Positions 44,462 through 55,022 are shown, counted from the first letter of the stretch. The stretch: 64,000 nucleotides of DNA from Clostridium sp. CAG:302 (GCA_963657295.1 CAVKMX010000001.1:1577-65576); one strand, 5' to 3'. Numbers and translations are program-made. Notes: generated by a model not told the origin, from the letters alone.

Positions 44462-46747
44462 TTACACCATGCTCAATGCAATTCGTTTCTTTCCGGTATC
44501 GACGGATTCCACCGTCACCTCAACGACGTCTCCCACGCTCACCACTTCCAGGGGATGCCGGACATAGCGCCTTGACAGCTTTGATATGTGCACCAGGCCG
44601 TCCTGATGTACCCCGATGTCCACAAAGGCTCCGAAATCGACGATGTTGCGCACCGTTCCCTTCAGCTGCATCCCAGGCTTCAGATCCTCCATCGTCAGGA
44701 CATCCGAGCGCAGAATCGGCGCAGGCATTTCCTCTCTGGGGTCCCGTGCCGGCTTTTCCAGCTCGTCCAGAATGTCCTGCAGGGTCAACTCTCCCAGTCC
44801 AAGCTCTGCGGCTGTCTGCGGAATCTGTCCCTTCGGCAGCTTCTCCTTCACCCTTCTGAAGCTTTCCCGTGTGTCGGTCAGGCCAAGGCTCTCCAGGAGC
44901 TTCTCCACCGCCCTGTAATTCTCCGGATGCACAGCCGTGCCGTCCAGCGGCTCCTCCCCGTCCCGGATGCGCAGAAATCCGGCGCATTGTTCAAAGGCCT
45001 TGGGCCCCAGCTTCTTCACCTTCAGCAGTTCTCTTCGGCTGCGGAACCTTCCGTTGGCCTCACGATAGGCCACAATGTTCTTCGCCAGCGTCTCCGATAT
45101 GCCGGATACATAGGACAGCAGTGAGAACGATGCCGTGTTCAGATCCACGCCGACACGGTTGACGCAATCCTCCACGACGCCGTCCAGCGCCTCATCCAGC
45201 TTTTTCTGATTCAGATCATGCTGGTACTGGCCGACCCCCACCGCCTTGGGGTCAATCTTCACCAGCTCTGCCAGAGGATCCTGCAGGCGCCTTGCCATCG
45301 AGGCTGCAGAGCGCTGTCCCACGTCAAACGCAGGAAATTCCTCCGCGGCAAGCTTGCTGGCGCTGTACACCGAGGCCCCGGCCTCATTGACCACCACATA
45401 CTGCAGCGGCTTCTCGGAGGGCTTCTCCCTCTCCAGCTCCCGGATGATCTCTACAATAACCTGCTCGGACTCACGGCTGGCGGTTCCGTTGCCGAGGCTG
45501 ATCAGCGTAACATGATCCTTTGCGACCAGTCCCTTGATCACCGCCTTTGCCTCCGCCACTCTGTTCTGCGGAGCCGTAGGGTAGACCACGGTCGTATCCA
45601 GCACCTTCCCCGTAGCATCCACCACCGCGATTTTGCAGCCGGTGCGGAAGGCAGGATCCCAGCCCAGCACCACCTGTCCGCCGATCGGCGGCTGCATCAG
45701 CAGCTGCTCCAGGTTCCTGCGGAACACATGAATGGCACCGCTCTCCGCCTCCTCCGTAAGGCGATTCCGGATCTCCCGTTCGATGGAAGGAGCGATCAGA
45801 CGGTCATAGGCATCCTCCGCCGCCGAGGTCAGCGCCGCCTCGGTATATGGATTGCGGCCGCCGCCTCCTCCGCTGCTGCGGAAGAGGCCGGCCAGGATGT
45901 GCCGACGGATCTCCTCCGACGGCGCATTGATCTTCACGGTGAGATAATTCTCCTTCTCTCCCCGGTTGATCGCCAGCGTACGATGTCCGGGAAGCTTCGC
46001 AACCGGCTCCTCGAATTCGTAATACATCTCGTAAACGCTGCGTCGGTCCTCCCGGGTTCCGTGAACCGAAGAGGATCGCTTTCCGGCTTCTGCCGTTTTC
46101 GTCTGCGTCCCGGCAGCGCCTCTTTTCTTCTCCGCAGCGGTCAGCGTCCCCTTCTTCCAGGTGATTTCCCGAATCCATGTGCGCAGCGCCGCATCGTCCG
46201 CAATGCGCTCCGCCGCAATGTCCAGTGCGCCCTGCAGGGCCTCCTCCGGCGTGCCGACACGCTGCTCCTCCGGCACGGAGGCACCGGTCAGGTATTTGAC
46301 CGCTTCAGTCAAAAGCTCCCGGCGGACCGTTCCCTCCATGATGGCGTCCGCAAACGGCTCCAGTCCTCTGGCCTTTGCCATGTCAGCCCGGGTCCTTCGC
46401 TTTTGCTTATACGGCCGATAGAGATCCTCCACCGCGACCAGCGTCATGGCATCCGAAATTTCTCTGCCAAGCTGTGCGGTCAGCTTTCCCTGCTCCTCAA
46501 TGGCGGCAAGGACCTGTTGCTTCCTTTCCTCGAGCCTTCGCAGGGCGAGAAGGCGCTCTCCGAGAAAGCGCAGCTGCGCATCGTCCAGGGCTCCGGTTGC
46601 CTCCTTGCGGTAGCGCGCAATGAAAGGAATCGTATTCCCCTCATCCAGCAGGCGCACCGCTGCCTCCACCTGTTTCAGCGAAACCCTGCTCCCGTCATGA
46701 TTCGGCATGTCTGCCATTTCTGCGGCAATCTGCCGTACGATATCCAC
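44462..46747 (-). CDS. tex: Tex family RNA-binding transcriptional accessory protein
   Basis: GNTIPFIARYRKE, DPAFRTGCK, NEAGASVYSAS, GVGQYQHD, C-terminal S1 domain. Confidence 0.94.
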   Translation of the reverse strand: MDIVRQIAAEMADMPNHDGSRVSLKQVEAAVRLLDEGNTIPFIARYRKEATGALDDAQLRFLGERLLALRRLEERKQQVLAAIEEQGKLTAQLGREISDAMTLVAVEDLYRPYKQKRRTRADMAKARGLEPFADAIMEGTVRRELLTEAVKYLTGASVPEEQRVGTPEEALQGALDIAAERIADDAALRTWIREITWKKGTLTAAEKKRGAAGTQTKTAEAGKRSSSVHGTREDRRSVYEMYYEFEEPVAKLPGHRTLAINRGEKENYLTVKINAPSEEIRRHILAGLFRSSGGGGGRNPYTEAALTSAAEDAYDRLIAPSIEREIRNRLTEEAESGAIHVFRRNLEQLLMQPPIGGQVVLGWDPAFRTGCKIAVVDATGKVLDTTVVYPTAPQNRVAEAKAVIKGLVAKDHVTLISLGNGTASRESEQVIVEIIRELEREKPSEKPLQYVVVNEAGASVYSASKLAAEEFPAFDVGQRSAASMARRLQDPLAELVKIDPKAVGVGQYQHDLNQKKLDEALDGVVEDCVNRVGVDLNTASFSLLSYVSGISETLAKNIVAYREANGRFRSRRELLKVKKLGPKAFEQCAGFLRIRDGEEPLDGTAVHPENYRAVEKLLESLGLTDTRESFRRVKEKLPKGQIPQTAAELGLGELTLQDILDELEKPARDPREEMPAPILRSDVLTMEDLKPGMQLKGTVRNIVDFGAFVDIGVHQDGLVHISKLSRRYVRHPLEVVSVGDVVEVTVESVDTGKKRIALSMV

Positions 46748-46818
46748 TTTGATTCTCCTTCTGTCCGATCGGGAAAAGGCCGATCACCCGACAATCGATG
46801 CGGTGATCCGCCCCGGCC

Positions 46819-47712
46819 TTACTCCTTTGTGATGTCCGAGCCAAAATACTGCTCTGAAAGCTTCGCCAGCGTGCCGTCCTCCTTCAGCTCCCGGACCGCC
46901 TCGTCCACAGCCTCCCGGAAGGATGCGCTCTCATCCCCCTTCCGCATCGGGATGGCCACCTGACTCGCATCCTCTGTCACCGCCGCAATCTTAATGGCTG
47001 CATCGGGCTGCTGGTTCATATAATCATAAATGGACACATCTGCGTTCAGCGTCGCATCCGCCCGTCCGTCCAGCACATTCTGGATGGTGTCGTTCAGAGT
47101 GGAAACCCCCGCCGCGCTGGCCCCATAGCTCTCCGCCAGCTCCATATAGGTCGATCCGATCGAATTGACGGTTTTCTTTCCGTTCAGATCCTCGAAGCTG
47201 TGGATGTCATCGTTATCGGCACGGACAACCAGCGCCGTATGAATGTAGCCATAGGGCTCTGAGAAATCGTACTTCTCCGAACGCTCCTCGGTAATCTCCA
47301 CGCCGTTTACCACCATGTCGTAGCGGCCGTCATCCAGTCCCGCGAACAGGGACTCCCACGGCGCCTCTACAATTTCCACCTCAACACCCAGCTTCTCTCC
47401 GATCGCCCTGGCCGTATCTGCGTCAAAGCCGATGACCTCATTGGAGTCGGTGTCATGATAAGACCAGGGAGCCCAGTCCCCCTCCATACCGACCACCAGC
47501 TTCCCGGCGCTCTGCACCTCGCTCAGCTGTCCCTCTGCAGCCTCCGCAGCCGAAGCCCCCTGATCTGCCTTCGCTTCCGTGTCCTCCGCTGCCTCCTCTT
47601 TCCCGGCAGCCGGCGCAGCGGATGTACCCGCAGCGCTGCCGCTCCCGCAGCCTGCCAGGACCGTCATTGCAATGCCCGCCGACAAAACCGCCGGCAATAC
47701 TCTTCTCTTCAT
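46819..47712 (-). CDS. Polar amino acid ABC substrate-binding lipoprotein (cystine-binding-like)
   Basis: LAGC lipobox, VGMEGDWAPWSY, GFDAD, ERSEKYDFSEPY. Confidence 0.87.
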   Translation of the reverse strand: MKRRVLPAVLSAGIAMTVLAGCGSGSAAGTSAAPAAGKEEAAEDTEAKADQGASAAEAAEGQLSEVQSAGKLVVGMEGDWAPWSYHDTDSNEVIGFDADTARAIGEKLGVEVEIVEAPWESLFAGLDDGRYDMVVNGVEITEERSEKYDFSEPYGYIHTALVVRADNDDIHSFEDLNGKKTVNSIGSTYMELAESYGASAAGVSTLNDTIQNVLDGRADATLNADVSIYDYMNQQPDAAIKIAAVTEDASQVAIPMRKGDESASFREAVDEAVRELKEDGTLAKLSEQYFGSDITKE

Positions 47713-47802
47713 TCTGTTCTCCTCCCTTTTCTTCCGTTATCCTTCTGAGAAAGATCCGATCGTTTCTTTCCCGCGGAAGCCCGCCGCCTCTGCCTGCAGA
47801 CT

Positions 47803-48561
47803 TCAGCACATCATGCCGCCCCGCGGGTATCCGCCGCCGCAGCAGAGTCCTCCGCCGCCGCAGCAAAGATTCAATGCGGCATTCAGAAGGCACAGCCGCA
47901 GGCACCAGTTGGCTGTGCTGACCGAGCCGCCTCCGTAGGTATATTGCCGTTCCTGATACCAGCTGCTGCCGGAATTCAGCCGACTGACAAGATTCTGATA
48001 GGTCTGATTGGACGGCTCCATCTGTGCCGCTGTCTGCGCGTGCTGCTGTGCCAGAACGTTGTTCCCCAACCCGGAATTCGCAATGGCACTGTAATAGTAC
48101 CATTGTGCCGTATGATTCGGGATGCTGCCCAGCACATTCAGAGCCTCCCGATAATGTCTGCTGTTGATATAGTTCGCCGCAGCCTGCATGCGGATCGAGT
48201 CCTGATCCTGGTCCTGCCTTTGATAGCTGCGCTGCCCGCCCGTATATCCGCCGAAGCCGCCGAAAAATTCATTCCAGAAATCGCCGTACTCCTCCTGCCA
48301 GGCGCTGTCCGCCCTGCCGTAGGCACCGGAGGACTCGGAGCTGCCGGAGGCGCCGGACGATGCATAGGGATGCTGACGTTCATACAGAATCTGCTTGTAA
48401 GCTGCCTGAACCTCCTTGAATTTCTCCTCCGCCTGTGCCTTGTTGGGGTTGTTGATGTTGGCGTCCGGGTGATACTTCCTCGACAGCGTGCGATAGGCCT
48501 TCTTGATCTCATCGTCCGTCGCCGTACGTGAAACACCCAGAATTTGATACGGATCAGACAT
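47803..48561 (-). CDS. J-domain (DnaJ-like) protein with TPR-like helices and Cys-rich tail
   Basis: DPYQILGV...KYHPD...[13 protein letters not shown]-terminal CLRLC...[10 protein letters not shown]. Confidence 0.88.
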   Translation of the reverse strand: MSDPYQILGVSRTATDDEIKKAYRTLSRKYHPDANINNPNKAQAEEKFKEVQAAYKQILYERQHPYASSGASGSSESSGAYGRADSAWQEEYGDFWNEFFGGFGGYTGGQRSYQRQDQDQDSIRMQAAANYINSRHYREALNVLGSIPNHTAQWYYYSAIANSGLGNNVLAQQHAQTAAQMEPSNQTYQNLVSRLNSGSSWYQERQYTYGGGSVSTANWCLRLCLLNAALNLCCGGGGLCCGGGYPRGGMMC

Positions 48562-49405
48562 TCCGTCGACCATCCTTTCCTGCATTGCTCTTTTTATTCC
48601 GCACGATATTATATCGGGTCCATACCCCGGAGTACAGAATGTTGCGCATGATCGGCAGCAGCTCCACGCACGGCAGCAGCTCAAAGGCCTCACAGCTGCG
48701 GGAAATCATCATCGTGAGGATCTGATGGCAATAATCCTCATAATCCGCGCGGTCTGCCAGAGGCCGCAGCGGATTATAGCTGCCGTTCCGGATGTCTTTC
48801 TCCAGATCATCATAGGCATCCATGATGTAAATGAACTTTCCGAGATAGAATCCCATCCGGCGAAGCGGTGTTTCCCAGTCATCCTCCTTTACGGCGAAAA
48901 GCTCTGCCATGATGTCGCCGAAATATCCCGCCATCCTGTCGATGTCTGTTTCGTTCTGCTCTTCCGCCGCATGAAGCTTGTCCAGCCGATCCTTGATCAC
49001 TGCCGCCTTGTGTCCGTAATCCACGGCTGCACGGCCGCTGCGTCCCTTCAGCAGCCCGGCGAGCAGGAGCTTCCGCACCTTGTGCTCATCCTTCCAATCG
49101 TCCTCACTCGCATAGTAGGACAGGATCAGATTCATGTCGGCCGCGTAATCGGTGAACGCATTGCATCGGACCGCATGGCTTTCCAGCGGATGGGCAAGGC
49201 ATCGGGTCCTCCCCTCCTCATCCTCAGCATCGTACAGGTCCGTCAAAAGGAGAATCAGAAACGTCATGTCATAGCTCAGCGTCATCTGTCCCGGAAGGCC
49301 GTATTTCTCCCTCAGCCTTTTGCAGAAGCCGCAGTAGTAGGAGCGATAGAGTCCTACCTCCCGCACTTTCAGCTCCTGCTCATTGATCACCACATAACCG
49401 AACAT
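48554..49405 (-). CDS. DUF5685 family protein
   Basis: [47 protein letters not shown]. Confidence 0.8.
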   Translation of the reverse strand: MFGYVVINEQELKVREVGLYRSYYCGFCKRLREKYGLPGQMTLSYDMTFLILLLTDLYDAEDEEGRTRCLAHPLESHAVRCNAFTDYAADMNLILSYYASEDDWKDEHKVRKLLLAGLLKGRSGRAAVDYGHKAAVIKDRLDKLHAAEEQNETDIDRMAGYFGDIMAELFAVKEDDWETPLRRMGFYLGKFIYIMDAYDDLEKDIRNGSYNPLRPLADRADYEDYCHQILTMMISRSCEAFELLPCVELLPIMRNILYSGVWTRYNIVRNKKSNAGKDGRRNV

Positions 49406-49406
49406 A

Positions 49407-49883
49407 TCAGGACCTCTTCGGAAACTCCTTGCCGCATTTCGGGCAGCGCACAATGATCTTGCCTTTTCCCTTCGGAATCCGGATCTTCTGTCCGCACTGC
49501 GGGCATTTGAAAATGTGGAAGCCTGCGTTGCGCCTGCGCTGGTCGGACCAGCGCCGCAGCTTCTCCCCCGGCATCCGCAGCACGGCGCCTGCCGATCGGC
49601 CGAAGCTCCCCAGCATTCTGCCGAAGCCGCCGTTTCGAAGCCTTGCCGTCACCTCCAGGTATTTCTGATTCTCCTGATAACGCCGCGCAATGTTCCTCGA
49701 GAACATGCGGAAATACATGTAAATCAGCAAAAACGTGGAAATCCACCACAAAAGAGAAGAGCCGAAAAACAGGTTCAGAATCACCACAGCCAGCAGGACC
49801 CATGCAAGGAACTGATTGAAGCGGTCTGTTCCGTAGCGTCCCTGCATAAAGCGGATGAATTTGTAGCGAAGTCGTTCCAACAT
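49407..49883 (-). CDS. Membrane protein with C-terminal zinc ribbon
   Basis: FMQGRYGTD, two TM helices, CPQC...CPKC. Confidence 0.8.
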   Translation of the reverse strand: MLERLRYKFIRFMQGRYGTDRFNQFLAWVLLAVVILNLFFGSSLLWWISTFLLIYMYFRMFSRNIARRYQENQKYLEVTARLRNGGFGRMLGSFGRSAGAVLRMPGEKLRRWSDQRRRNAGFHIFKCPQCGQKIRIPKGKGKIIVRCPKCGKEFPKRS

Positions 49884-50002
49884 GGCCGGCTGTCCTTTCT
49901 GCATGCCCGTGAATGCCGTTCCGGCACTCCCTCTCGCGGGCACCTTCCGTGTTAAATTTCCTGCCGCCCGTCGGCGGCAGCTCCCGTCAGTTACACGTTT
50001 TC

Positions 50003-50156
50003 GTAACTATTCAGCACCCATCTCGAATTTGCTTCGCAAATCCTCGATGCGGCTGGCCAGAGGTCCTTCGGACCTTGGCCGCCTGCCAATTTCAATCGTG
50101 AATATGCCTGCAAGCAGTCAATTCACGTTGAAATGTGGCAGGTGCTGAACAGATAC
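50003..50156. mobile_element. MITE with IS66-like ends and 8-bp target site duplication
   Basis: Terminal inverted repeats GTAACTATTCAGCACC / GGTGCTGAACAGATAC; flanked by the direct repeat ACGTTTTC (49995-50002, 50157-50164). Confidence 0.85.
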
Positions 50157-50215
50157 ACGTTTTCATTGTAAATTTCGTCCATTCAAATGCAATGAAGTAA
50201 TATCAAAAAGACTAT

Positions 50216-50264
50216 TAAAAAAAACTAAAGAGAGGACGCGTCCTCCCGGACCTCGTCCTCTCCT
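50216..50264 (-). terminator. Terminator of the infC-rpmI-rplT operon
   Basis: GAGAGGACG...CGTCCTCTC hairpin followed by a T-rich run on the minus strand. Confidence 0.7.
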
Positions 50265-50293
50265 TCTGGAATCTCTGCTGCAGCTCTGCGGAT

Positions 50294-50650
50294 TTACTGC
50301 ACGCTCTTCTTGGCGACCTCTGCCAGAGCGGCAAAGCCGTTCGCATCATTGACAGCCATCTCTGCCAGCATCTTGCGGTTGATGTCCACACCGGCAACCT
50401 TGAGGCCGTGCATCAGCTGGCTGTAGGAAAGGCCGTTGATGCGGGCAGCTGCATTGATACGGGCGATCCAAAGGGACCGCATATCTCTTTTGCGCAGCTT
50501 TCTGCCCTCAAATGCAGAATTCTGCGCGCGCATAACGGACTGCTTGGCTACTCTGTACTGGCTGGATCTTGCTCCTCTGTAGCCCTTTGCGAGCTTCAGA
50601 ACTCTGTTGTGCTTCTTCTTGGCGTTCAAACCGCCCTTAATTCTTGCCAT
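50294..50650 (-). CDS. rplT: 50S ribosomal protein L20
   Basis: [32 protein letters not shown]. Confidence 0.98.
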   Translation of the reverse strand: MARIKGGLNAKKKHNRVLKLAKGYRGARSSQYRVAKQSVMRAQNSAFEGRKLRKRDMRSLWIARINAAARINGLSYSQLMHGLKVAGVDINRKMLAEMAVNDANGFAALAEVAKKSVQ

Positions 50651-50693
50651 CTTCTGTATCCTCCATCAAACTCGTTACTCTCATGCACCCGTA

Positions 50694-50891
50694 TCAGAGG
50701 TAAGGCATGATCTTCTTCATGTTCTTTACGTTCGTTGCATCCGTAACTGCAGGCTGACGAAGGTTTCTCTTTCTCTTCGTGGTCTTCTTGGTAAGGATGT
50801 GGCTCTTATAAGCCTTGCTGCGAATCAGCTTACCATTTCCGCTGAGTTTGAAGCGCTTTGCAGCGGATCTGTTGGTTTTCATTCTGGGCAT
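50694..50891 (-). CDS. rpmI: 50S ribosomal protein L35
   Basis: [20 protein letters not shown], between infC and rplT. Confidence 0.97.
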   Translation of the reverse strand: MPRMKTNRSAAKRFKLSGNGKLIRSKAYKSHILTKKTTKRKRNLRQPAVTDATNVKNMKKIMPYL

Positions 50892-51013
50892 AGTACGTTC
50901 CTCCTTCTGATCCGGTTCATGCACCGGTCTGTTCTATTCAGATCACAGTCCCTGCGCGTACTCCTGCATGGGCTGTCATCATCCAACTCGTTTCCCGCAG
51001 CTGCGAAGATCCT

Positions 51014-51559
51014 TCAGTTCTTCTTCTGCACGAGAAACAGAGACATGGACCTTCCTTCCACCTTCGGTGCCTTATCCACCACCGCGATGTCCACCAGAGA
51101 ATTGGCAAAATCCGTCAGGATATGAACGCTCTCGTTCATATGTGCCATCTCACGGCCGCGGAAACGGATGGTCACCTTTACGCGGTCCCCGCGCTCCAGG
51201 AACTTTCTCGCAGCGCCGACCTTCGTGTTCAGGTCATTCTGATCGATGTTGGGAGACATGCGGATTTCCTTGATCTCCACCACATGCTGCTTCTTCTTCG
51301 CTTCCTTTTCCTTCCGAAGCTTCTCGTACTTAAACTTTCCGTAATCGATGATGCGGCATACCGGCGGCTGCGCGGTGGCTGCAATCAATACGAGATCAAG
51401 CTCGGCATCGCGTGCCATGCGAAGAGCCTGCTCTGTCGGCATCACGCCAAGCTGCTCCCCGTCCGAACCGATGACGCGGATTTCTCTGTCGCGGATCTGC
51501 TCATTGATGGGCGCCTCCGGTCTGCGCTGTTGTCTGCGATTGTAGTTGTTGTTATTAAT
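51014..51559 (-). CDS. infC: Translation initiation factor IF-3, ATT start codon
   Basis: INEQIRDRE, LDLVLI, DYGKFKYE, RFRGRE; the frame extends upstream of the listed ORF to an ATT preceded by GGAGG. Confidence 0.95.
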   Translation of the reverse strand: MNNNNYNRRQQRRPEAPINEQIRDREIRVIGSDGEQLGVMPTEQALRMARDAELDLVLIAATAQPPVCRIIDYGKFKYEKLRKEKEAKKKQHVVEIKEIRMSPNIDQNDLNTKVGAARKFLERGDRVKVTIRFRGREMAHMNESVHILTDFANSLVDIAVVDKAPKVEGRSMSLFLVQKKN

Positions 51560-51579
51560 TGCTCTTCCCTCCCCTGAGA

Positions 51580-51950
51580 AAAAGAAAAACCGACGGCAGA
51601 GCTCCCACCGTCAGTTCACAATCCGCAGTACACCGCAGCGCTGTCCGATTCGGAAACGGACGCCGCCGTTCGTCTCCTCATTCTGCACCTGCGCTGCCTC
51701 TGTCTGCATCCCGCTGCATACACAGCAGACACTGCTGCCGAATCCCGGACAGGCGCTCCCGCCTTCCTGATCTCCTCCCTGACGGAGGATCGGATCCGAC
51801 CGCTCTCATGTCTGTATGCGCGCCCGACGGGCCGCAGACAAATCCGCGTATCTCATGAACTCTGCCGACGCCGACGCGGATCAGAATCCGCCGGACCGGT
51901 CAGGTGAGAGTCTCCCGCAGCGAACTGCGGAGCTCTGCTTGCTGTTGTCT
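51580..51950 (-). promoter_or_regulatory. L20 leader-like attenuator, unusually long
   Basis: 5' GCAGAGCTCC can pair with GGAGCTCTGC of the terminator (GACGGTGGGAGCTCTGCCGTC + T-run); TCTCACCTGA motif; promoter TTGACA-N17-TATTGT at 51969-51997. Confidence 0.7.
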
Positions 51951-51952
51951 GA

Positions 51953-54010
51953 TCACTCAGACTCTGAAACAATACCATCCGCAGGTCTGCCTGTCAAGCG
52001 AATTCCGCCGGCAGCATTCTGCTCTTCCATCTCCAGCCATGCCTGGAACATCAGGATGTACCAGAGCTGCACACGCCAGATGCCGCTTTCCGTGAACTCC
52101 TCCCAGATCCTGCGGACCACGGCGGCATTCAGATATCCCTGCCGCCTGATTTTCGTATCGTCCAGGAGCTCCTCCGCCCAGCCGCGCAGCCCGGGATCCT
52201 CCCGAAGCCATTTGCGGATCGGTATGGAAAAGCCCTTTTTGGGGCGATCCATCATCTCCCGCGGAACATATCGATAGAGCACATCCCGGAGCACCAGCTT
52301 GCCGGTATCCTTCTCCCGAAGATACTCCAGCGGCAGTGTCCAGGCGAATTCCACCACATCGCGGTCCAGGAAGGGCACCCTGGTTTCCAGCGACACCGCC
52401 ATGGCCGTGCGGTCCACCTTCACCAGAATATCATCCGGATGATACAGCCGCAGATCCATCAGCATAATGTCATGGCACACCTCTCCCGTGACATCCTCCC
52501 CCGTCTGCGTATATGCATAAGGGAGTGCCCCGTGGCAGAGTGCAATCTGATTCCACAGGGGATCCGTTTCGAAGGAGAGCCGATAAACCTCCTCCGGACT
52601 TCTTGCCTGCAGTATCTGACTTTTGATTCGGAGCAGATCACGGGAGGCCAGCGGACTGTGCTCCAGCATGCTCCCCGCCGTCCTGCGCAGCGCATACGGG
52701 ATGTTCCGGATCTTGTCCCACTTGCGTGCCGTCGCAGGATAATCATAATAGCCGCAGAACAGCTCATCCCCGGCATCTCCTGAGAGCGAGACCGTCACAT
52801 GCTCCCTTGTGAGCTTGCTGACCAGATAGGTCGGAATCTGGGAGGAGTCCGCAAAGGGCTCTGCGAACATCGCAGGCAGCAGCGGAATCACTGCCTTTGC
52901 ATCCTCCTCCGTGATGGTCAGCTCCGTGTGCTCAGTGCCAAGATGCCGTGCAATCTGCGCAGCATACGCCGCCTCGTTGTAGGCGGGATCCTCCATTCCT
53001 ATGGTAAAGGTCCGCACCCTTTGTCCGCCCCGGCTCTCCTGCTGCATCAGGGACACCACCGTGGCCGAATCAATCCCTGCAGACAGAAAGGCCCCCAGCG
53101 GAACGTCCGACACCATCTGGTCCCGGATGGATGCCCGCAGGAGCCGTTCCAGCTCATCCGCTGCCTCCTGCCTCGTTCCAGTGAAGAGATTCTTCTGGCC
53201 GCGGACGGCTGTCTCCGTCATCGACCAGTAGGTTTCCTGCCGCTTCTGCTCTTGGTCAAAGGGGAAGGGCAGTGTCAGGATGGTTCCGGGCTCCAGCTTG
53301 TAGATGTCTTCATAGATGCTGTAGGGCGCCGGAATCACGCCGTGCTCAAAGTACAGATCCAGTACCTCCCGGCGGATCGGATTGGAAAACCCCCGGATGC
53401 TGCGCAGACTCCCGAGATCGGATGCAAAGGCGAAAACGACGGAGCTTCCGCCTTTTTCACAGCCATGACCAATACAGTCAATGCCCGCTTCCCGTACCTC
53501 CCGGCGGATCCAGCCGTAGTAAAGCGGCTTTTCGCCGACCCGATCCCGGGCCAGAGTCAGGACACGCCTCTCGATGTCATAGGAAGCAAGGGCGAACATT
53601 CCCTTGCATTTCTGCAGCGCCTTCTCCACGCCGTAGAATTCCGCCGCCTCCTGGAGAATCTCCGTGTCGCAGGTGCTGCGCAGGGAGAGCCTCCCGCCGC
53701 GCCGGCCAAGATCCCTCTCCAGCTGTGCCCGCACGTCTGCGTGATTGTAAATTTCTCCGTTATAGACAAGGACGGTTTTCCCGGAATGCGATACCATCGG
53801 CTGTGCGCCGTTCTTCGACAAATCCAGAATTGACAGCCGCTGATGTCCCAGCGTACACAGTCCGTCGGGAGAGACCCAGGTCCCGCCGCCGTCCGGTCCC
53901 CGGTGCAGCATGCGGTCCCGCATGCGCTGCATGTTCCCGCGCTGATCCTCTGCCGCTCCCGCTGCTCCGGCCTGCTGTCCGATATTCAGAATTCCGGCAA
54001 TCCCGCACAT
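51953..54010 (-). CDS. asnB: Asparagine synthase (glutamine-hydrolysing) family amidotransferase
   Basis: MCGIAG, HRGPD, YNGEIYNH, RDRVGEKPLYY, LSAGIDS, LSGDAGDELF. Confidence 0.92.
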   Translation of the reverse strand: MCGIAGILNIGQQAGAAGAAEDQRGNMQRMRDRMLHRGPDGGGTWVSPDGLCTLGHQRLSILDLSKNGAQPMVSHSGKTVLVYNGEIYNHADVRAQLERDLGRRGGRLSLRSTCDTEILQEAAEFYGVEKALQKCKGMFALASYDIERRVLTLARDRVGEKPLYYGWIRREVREAGIDCIGHGCEKGGSSVVFAFASDLGSLRSIRGFSNPIRREVLDLYFEHGVIPAPYSIYEDIYKLEPGTILTLPFPFDQEQKRQETYWSMTETAVRGQKNLFTGTRQEAADELERLLRASIRDQMVSDVPLGAFLSAGIDSATVVSLMQQESRGGQRVRTFTIGMEDPAYNEAAYAAQIARHLGTEHTELTITEEDAKAVIPLLPAMFAEPFADSSQIPTYLVSKLTREHVTVSLSGDAGDELFCGYYDYPATARKWDKIRNIPYALRRTAGSMLEHSPLASRDLLRIKSQILQARSPEEVYRLSFETDPLWNQIALCHGALPYAYTQTGEDVTGEVCHDIMLMDLRLYHPDDILVKVDRTAMAVSLETRVPFLDRDVVEFAWTLPLEYLREKDTGKLVLRDVLYRYVPREMMDRPKKGFSIPIRKWLREDPGLRGWAEELLDDTKIRRQGYLNAAVVRRIWEEFTESGIWRVQLWYILMFQAWLEMEEQNAAGGIRLTGRPADGIVSESE

Positions 54011-54059
54011 GTGTTCTCTCTTTACTCCCGTCAGAAGCCGTATCCGTGCCGGTCTCTCC

Positions 54060-55010
54060 TCATTGGAGCACCATTCGCACCGCACCGTACATGCCGGCAT
54101 CGTTTCCCAGCTTCGCCAGCTTGAACACGGTTGTCCGGCACGCATGGAACGCCGCCGGCGCATAATATTTCTCCACTGCCTCCAGAATGATCTCTCCTGC
54201 TCTGGAAACACCACCACCGATCACGAAGACCTCCGGATCCACCACCGCCGCTATCTGCGCCAATGCCTCTCCCAGTTTCCTGCCGAAGGCATCCACCATG
54301 GACAGGGCAAAGGCATCGTTCTCCTTGGCCGCATCGAAGATGAGCTTGGCGCTCAGCCGGTCATCGTCCTTGAGAACGGTCGCCTTCTTCGTTTCTGCGA
54401 GCTTCTTCCTGGTCACACGGACAATGCCGCTGGCCGAGGCATATTGCTCCAGACAGCCGTGCTTGCCGCAGTTGCAGGCATCCGGCTCGTGCTCCTCCAC
54501 CTTCATGTGGCCGATTTCCGCGCCGGCGCCGTGCGAGCCTGAAACAATCTTTCCGTCCAGAATCAGACCGCCGCCGACTCCCGTCCCGAGCGTCACCAGG
54601 ACCACATTCTGATACCCCTGGCCGCCGCCCTTCCACTGCTCGCCGAGGGCTGCCACATTGGCATCGTTTCCGACCTTAACCGTCATCCCGTTCAGGGCGT
54701 CCGAGAGAATCTCTCGCACATCCATCACGCCCCAGTGCAAATTGACGGCCTGGTTCACAACGCCGGTCTCCAGCACAGGGCCCGGCACACCGATGCCGAG
54801 GCCTGCCACCTCCGATGCCGAGATTCCCTTCTCCTCCATCCTGGCCTTTACGGATGCCGCAACATCCCCCAGTATATAACGTCCGTTTTCCTCGGTTCTG
54901 GTGGGAATTTCCCAGCTCTCGAGAAGTGTCTCCCTCTGCGCATCAAAAAGTCCGTGCTTGATCGTCGTTCCGCCCACGTCAATGCCAAATGCATACCGTA
55001 CCTGTTCCAT
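54060..55010 (-). CDS. ROK family glucokinase
   Basis: GIDVGGT, NDANVAALGE, GTGVGGG, EIGH, CNCGKHGCLEQYAS. Confidence 0.9.
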   Translation of the reverse strand: MEQVRYAFGIDVGGTTIKHGLFDAQRETLLESWEIPTRTEENGRYILGDVAASVKARMEEKGISASEVAGLGIGVPGPVLETGVVNQAVNLHWGVMDVREILSDALNGMTVKVGNDANVAALGEQWKGGGQGYQNVVLVTLGTGVGGGLILDGKIVSGSHGAGAEIGHMKVEEHEPDACNCGKHGCLEQYASASGIVRVTRKKLAETKKATVLKDDDRLSAKLIFDAAKENDAFALSMVDAFGRKLGEALAQIAAVVDPEVFVIGGGVSRAGEIILEAVEKYYAPAAFHACRTTVFKLAKLGNDAGMYGAVRMVLQ

Positions 55011-55022
55011 AGCATCCTCCCC

